Shown in pieces: positions 31,495 through 34,147 of a stretch of 34,147 nt of DNA. The stretch's first letter is position 1; every line of letters starts with the position of its first letter. The stretch comes from a virus. The stretch lies in the IMG/VR virus record IMGVR_UViG_3300017764_000033; one strand, given 5' to 3'. The translations under genes were made by a program, and so were the position numbers. The notes under the pieces were generated by a model. The model saw only the letters and a list, made by a program, of their open reading frames with translations, was not told where the DNA came from and ran no database searches.

Positions 31495-31519
31495 ACAAAG
31501 AAAGGGGCTAATGCCCCCC
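31495..31519 (-). terminator. Rho-independent terminator closing the small-gene region
   Basis: Minus strand GGGGC-ATTA-GCCCC, followed by TTTCTTTGTG. Confidence 0.55.
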
Positions 31520-31577
31520 TCTATGTCTACTAAGCCGTTTAAAACCAATAAACCAAACCAATATGCTCAGTAGAAAC

Positions 31578-31919
31578 CTAAGCTAATTCATTCTTCCACG
31601 CAATCCTGTCAACCGCCTTCTGAACTATGTCATGCTCATATGCGTGATCCTTTAGTGAGGCATACGCTAATTTCGTGATATCAGTTATGCCTCCTTCCCA
31701 ATGACTCATATCATCCCAATGCGTAACCCATAACCCTACCACAATAGCAAAGCAATCCTTGTAATATATACAGGTGTTGTCTATATCGTGTAGCAATAAC
31801 TCGTGTACTTTATCTTCTACATCCTCAATGCAGTCAAATTCAATAGTACGTTTGCTTAACTCTGACTCAATCATGTCGAGGAAATCTTCTTCCCAATCTC
31901 TATACTCGAACCTCATCAT
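31578..31919 (-). CDS. Hypothetical acidic protein
   Basis: 113 aa, rich in Asp and Glu (EYRDWEEDFLDMIESE...DCIEDVEDKVHELLLHDID). ATGA-type overlap with the upstream gene. Confidence 0.6.
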   Translation of the reverse strand: MMRFEYRDWEEDFLDMIESELSKRTIEFDCIEDVEDKVHELLLHDIDNTCIYYKDCFAIVVGLWVTHWDDMSHWEGGITDITKLAYASLKDHAYEHDIVQKAVDRIAWKNELA

Positions 31920-32131
31920 AACATTTCATAGATTACATTATCACCATCAGTCAAACAAACTGCGTATTCAATCCAATCATCGTGGTCTACAATTACTACT
32001 GAATCAGCCGTTGTATACCCATATAGGCTAAACTTGTCATTAAGCAGGATTTCCTCACCCTTGCTTATCTCTTTTACCATCTTAGCGGTAACGAAGCTCG
32101 ATGCGGCTTCAAATAAATACTCATGTACCAT
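31916..32131 (-). CDS. Hypothetical small protein
   Basis: 71-aa ORF downstream of a full promoter cassette. Confidence 0.6.
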   Translation of the reverse strand: MVHEYLFEAASSFVTAKMVKEISKGEEILLNDKFSLYGYTTADSVVIVDHDDWIEYAVCLTDGDNVIYEML

Positions 32132-32156
32132 GCTGTTGTGCGTTTTTGATTATACT

Positions 32157-32187
32157 TAAAGATAGTGTTTCTTTGTGAATCCACAAA
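32157..32187 (-). promoter_or_regulatory. Bacteroidota-type promoter: TTTG-N19-TATCTTTA
   Basis: The minus strand reads TTTG TGGATTCACAAAGAAACAC TATCTTTA, then AGTATAATCAAAAACGC, and the ATG at 32131 follows 8 nt later. Confidence 0.6.
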
Positions 32188-32195
32188 ATGTACAT

Positions 32196-32447
32196 CTAAA
32201 TTTCTCGTGTTATTGCGTATCCATCTACACCTGTATTCTCACATGATCTCTCGTATCTAAGAGCGTATCGTTGAGCAGGGGTCTTGGCTGTGAACTCTGC
32301 TAAGTCCACAACCTCATACTTCCCGTTCTTGTACTCGTAGCAGAATGCCCTGTGAGTCAGCTTACGTGATCTCTTCCTTACTCTACCCACGTTCCTGTAT
32401 CTTTTGATCCACCAAGTCTTTAACCCAATGCGATACAACAGGTACAT
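32196..32447 (-). CDS. Hypothetical basic protein
   Basis: 83-aa ORF with a 65-nt overlap with the upstream gene. The true start is uncertain. Confidence 0.45.
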   Translation of the reverse strand: MYLLYRIGLKTWWIKRYRNVGRVRKRSRKLTHRAFCYEYKNGKYEVVDLAEFTAKTPAQRYALRYERSCENTGVDGYAITREI

Positions 32448-32721
32448 GACCTCCTATATTCCATGTTGTCAATTTCGTAGTCGTGTATGCTCTATCATAG
32501 GTCTTCCAATCGTAGATAGTAGCGTACTCATTCACACTGCCGTTGTCAAACTTGATCACCCATTCTACCTGCACCTTGTCATCACCGCTTGGTTCAAGGT
32601 AGGTAGGTCTACCGAACGCCTTGACCAAATCCTTAAAGGTGTACCCGTTCAGATACCCTTTAAGATTTGTTCCGTTTATTTTCGAGCCTACTTGCCCTTC
32701 CTTCAGTACCTGTGTCTTCAT
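32383..32721 (-). CDS. Hypothetical protein
   Basis: 112-aa ORF (…FKDLVKAFGRPTY...DKVQVEWVIKFDNGS...ATIYDWK...W.IGG). It looks like a recurrent phage family of unknown function (recall only). Confidence 0.6.
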   Translation of the reverse strand: MKTQVLKEGQVGSKINGTNLKGYLNGYTFKDLVKAFGRPTYLEPSGDDKVQVEWVIKFDNGSVNEYATIYDWKTYDRAYTTTKLTTWNIGGHVPVVSHWVKDLVDQKIQERG

Positions 32722-32722
32722 C

Positions 32723-32953
32723 TTACAAGTAGTTTAAGTGTGCCTTGAACTCTGCTTCTTCCATAGCCCATATGCGCTTGGTGCTGTTCACTTGTGCGTG
32801 AATGTACATTACCTCTTGGTACGACAGGTAGCCGTGCTCCATTTGGTAGTTCTGCAATAACTGCTCTGCTGATTTTGCGTTGTTGTGGCACATTTCAAGT
32901 GCGATACTAACTAACTGCGCTTCGTTTCTCATGATGTTTGCTTTTTGATTCAT
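32723..32953 (-). CDS. Hypothetical small protein
   Basis: The start is ATG 32953 or, by analogy with the other leaders, ATG 32932 (MRNEAQL...). The track ORF's upstream part (to 33103) runs through a promoter, a terminator and another ORF, and is rejected. Confidence 0.55.
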   Translation of the reverse strand: MNQKANIMRNEAQLVSIALEMCHNNAKSAEQLLQNYQMEHGYLSYQEVMYIHAQVNSTKRIWAMEEAEFKAHLNYL

Positions 32954-32956
32954 ACT

Positions 32957-32987
32957 TAAAGATAAGGTATTTTTGTAAACACACAAA
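32957..32987 (-). promoter_or_regulatory. Bacteroidota-type promoter: TTTG-N19-TATCTTTA
   Basis: The minus strand reads TTTG TGTGTTTACAAAAATACCT TATCTTTA, then AGTATGAATCAAAAAGC. Confidence 0.6.
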
Positions 32988-32996
32988 ATTATACTG

Positions 32997-33022
32997 AAAA
33001 AAAAGAGGGCTATTTGCCCCCC
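32997..33022 (-). terminator. Rho-independent terminator
   Basis: Minus strand GGGGGC-AAATA-GCCCTC (6 bp, including one G:U pair), followed by T8. Confidence 0.65.
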
Positions 33023-33026
33023 TTTA

Positions 33027-33200
33027 CTAAATAAACTCTCCTGTGTTGATCCTAAAGAACACAAAGTCCCATTGCATAGGTTTCTCTTTCCACATAATAT
33101 CAAAGTGCAGTAGCTTGATCTCTATGCCGTACATATCAACGTACAATAAACTACCCCATGCTCTATCACTTGCCTTAAAATAATCGAATACTCTAATCAT
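33027..33200 (-). CDS. Unlisted 57-aa ORF
   Basis: My translation is MIRVFDYFKASDRAWGSLLYVDMYGIEIKLLHFDIMWKEKPMQWDFVFFRINTGEFI*. The ATG lies 4 nt after the upstream stop, and the stop lies 4 nt before the terminator. Confidence 0.5.
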   Translation of the reverse strand: MIRVFDYFKASDRAWGSLLYVDMYGIEIKLLHFDIMWKEKPMQWDFVFFRINTGEFI

Positions 33201-33204
33201 AACC

Positions 33205-33585
33205 CTACCTTTTACTTATATAATTATTGACTTCCACGTTATGCTTCCATCTGCTGTTTACTCTATGTTGCATAATGATCTCACGATACCAATGCAATGG
33301 TATGCTAATATCAGATATGTCTACACCACGTTCGTAGGTCGTATGTCCTCCATATGATCCATCGCTCATGGTGTCAATGGTCATTGTGGTCATACCGCTG
33401 TCCTCAAACTTGTCGTGTATACCGCAATCGTCTAATGAGATCTCTTCATGCCATACCTTTTGGTCATGAGTCATTCCTTCTCTCCACAAAAACAGGCTAT
33501 CGCATACCCTGTCGTACTCCATATTGTACTGCTTGTTGTTTATGACCACCTGTAAAGTGAGGTCGTTATCCGTGAACACTTTCAT
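33205..33585 (-). CDS. Hypothetical protein (first gene after terL)
   Basis: ATG at 33585 (MKVFTDNDL...). The track start at 33627 is GTG and lies inside the promoter. Confidence 0.6.
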   Translation of the reverse strand: MKVFTDNDLTLQVVINNKQYNMEYDRVCDSLFLWREGMTHDQKVWHEEISLDDCGIHDKFEDSGMTTMTIDTMSDGSYGGHTTYERGVDISDISIPLHWYREIIMQHRVNSRWKHNVEVNNYISKR

Positions 33586-33599
33586 ATCGTTGCTTTTTG

Positions 33600-33630
33600 T
33601 AAAGATACAATAACTTTTTGAATACACAAA
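33600..33630 (-). promoter_or_regulatory. Bacteroidota-type promoter: TTTG-N19-TATCTTTA
   Basis: The minus strand reads TTTG TGTATTCAAAAAGTTATTG TATCTTTA, then CAAAAAGCAACGAT, then ATG. It starts 1 nt downstream of the terL stop. Confidence 0.6.
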
Positions 33631-33631
33631 A

Positions 33632-34147
33632 TCACCTAAGAGCGTATCTACCCCTGTTTGGATTCTTCATGGCCATCCATACACCATATCTCAATGCATC
33701 AATGGCGTGATTGAACAGGTCAACAGGTTTGTTCAGTAGCTTACCATCCTTATCCTCTGCCCACTTGTAGTTACGCATTTCCTTTATACCATTGGTGCTG
33801 TTATCAGTCCATACAAGCCTATGCCTTCTTAGCATATCAATACCCATCATGACACTATCCTTACCCTTGCTCGTTGGTCTGACGTTGAATCCCCATCGGT
33901 GTATCTCATCAATAGCCTTTGGTTCTGCACTATCAGCCCATACAGGTATCTCTCTATCAATGTCAAACATCCTCATCTTTTCCGCTATACCCGCATTGGT
34001 CAATCCTGTCTCATATATCAGCTCATTGAAATACAGCGTATCTCCATCTTGAAACACCTCAACCAATGACGTAGGGTCATTCGTATACCCAAAGTCAAGC
34101 CCGTAGCTTATCAGCTTGGCATGAGGTGGCACTTTCATTATTGTGTC
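33632..34147 (-). CDS. terL: Terminase large subunit, C-terminal nuclease part (continues from 1..774 across the circular junction)
   Basis: GLDFGYTNDPTSLV..., VWADSAEPKAI and DLFNHAIDALRYG are RNaseH-like terminase nuclease motifs. The frame is open to the window end. The circular gene is 1167 nt (388 aa). Confidence 0.9.
   Translation of the reverse strand, partial: DTIMKVPPHAKLISYGLDFGYTNDPTSLVEVFQDGDTLYFNELIYETGLTNAGIAEKMRMFDIDREIPVWADSAEPKAIDEIHRWGFNVRPTSKGKDSVMMGIDMLRRHRLVWTDNSTNGIKEMRNYKWAEDKDGKLLNKPVDLFNHAIDALRYGVWMAMKNPNRGRYALR
34025..34147. repeat. Terminal direct repeat, copy 2 (identical to 1..123)
   Basis: See copy 1. Confidence 0.95.

Noticed and set aside
32954-33103. N-terminal 50 codons of track ORF 32723..33103. 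The same applies to the non-ATG extensions 33586..33627, 31478..31498, 19479..19493, 16779..16820 and 9945..10031.
   Set aside because: These extensions begin at TTG/GTG starts or internal frames. They run through promoters, terminators or the 3' ends of upstream genes. In-frame ATGs with the conserved leader or ATGA coupling give more consistent starts.
1-34147. tRNA, rRNA, CRISPR, integrase/recombinase and toxin-antitoxin pairs
   Set aside because: I did not recognise cloverleaf-like sequences in the few intergenic gaps (all under 170 nt), nor repeat-spacer arrays, nor Tyr/Ser recombinase motifs. A tRNAscan/Infernal run would be needed to exclude small RNAs formally.

Overview
This window looks like a complete, circularly closed genome of a tailed dsDNA phage. 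Nt 1..123 are repeated exactly at 34025..34147, giving a unit length of 34,024 bp. The junction lies inside the large-terminase gene, which is in frame across it.

Every credible gene (about 58) is on the minus strand. Genes are tightly packed, with many ATGA/TAATG stop-start overlaps; the plus-strand ORFs in the track are antisense shadows.

In transcription order (high to low coordinates) the genome contains:
- About 2 kb of small genes of unknown function, bounded by promoters and terminators.
- Neck and tail genes: a T9 slippery-site ORF pair, an HK97 gp10-like protein, two large tail/baseplate proteins and a tape-measure-like protein.
- An XkdF-like protease, a scaffold and an HK97-fold major capsid protein.
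- A moron-like island of three small genes.
- The portal and two tail fibres, one of them collagen-like.
- An envelope module: a membrane anchor, a thioredoxin-fold lipoprotein lacking CxxC, and a beta-barrel outer-membrane-like protein.
- An amidase endolysin, a holin and a metallophosphoesterase.
- Replication genes: SSB-like, initiator-like and VRR-NUC.
- An ECF-like sigma factor.
- A ParB / HNH / GNAT / PAPS-reductase-like / ParB cassette, followed by terS and terL.

Repeated TTTG-N19-TAyCTTTA promoters and A-rich, Shine-Dalgarno-poor leaders suggest a Bacteroidota (Flavobacteriia-like) host. I saw no integrase, repressor, tRNA, rRNA or CRISPR array.

The best candidates for an undescribed system are the ParB/PP-loop/GNAT/HNH cassette (1359..4430) and the three-gene envelope module (11244..12980). 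All functional calls come from motif recognition by eye; no database search was run.
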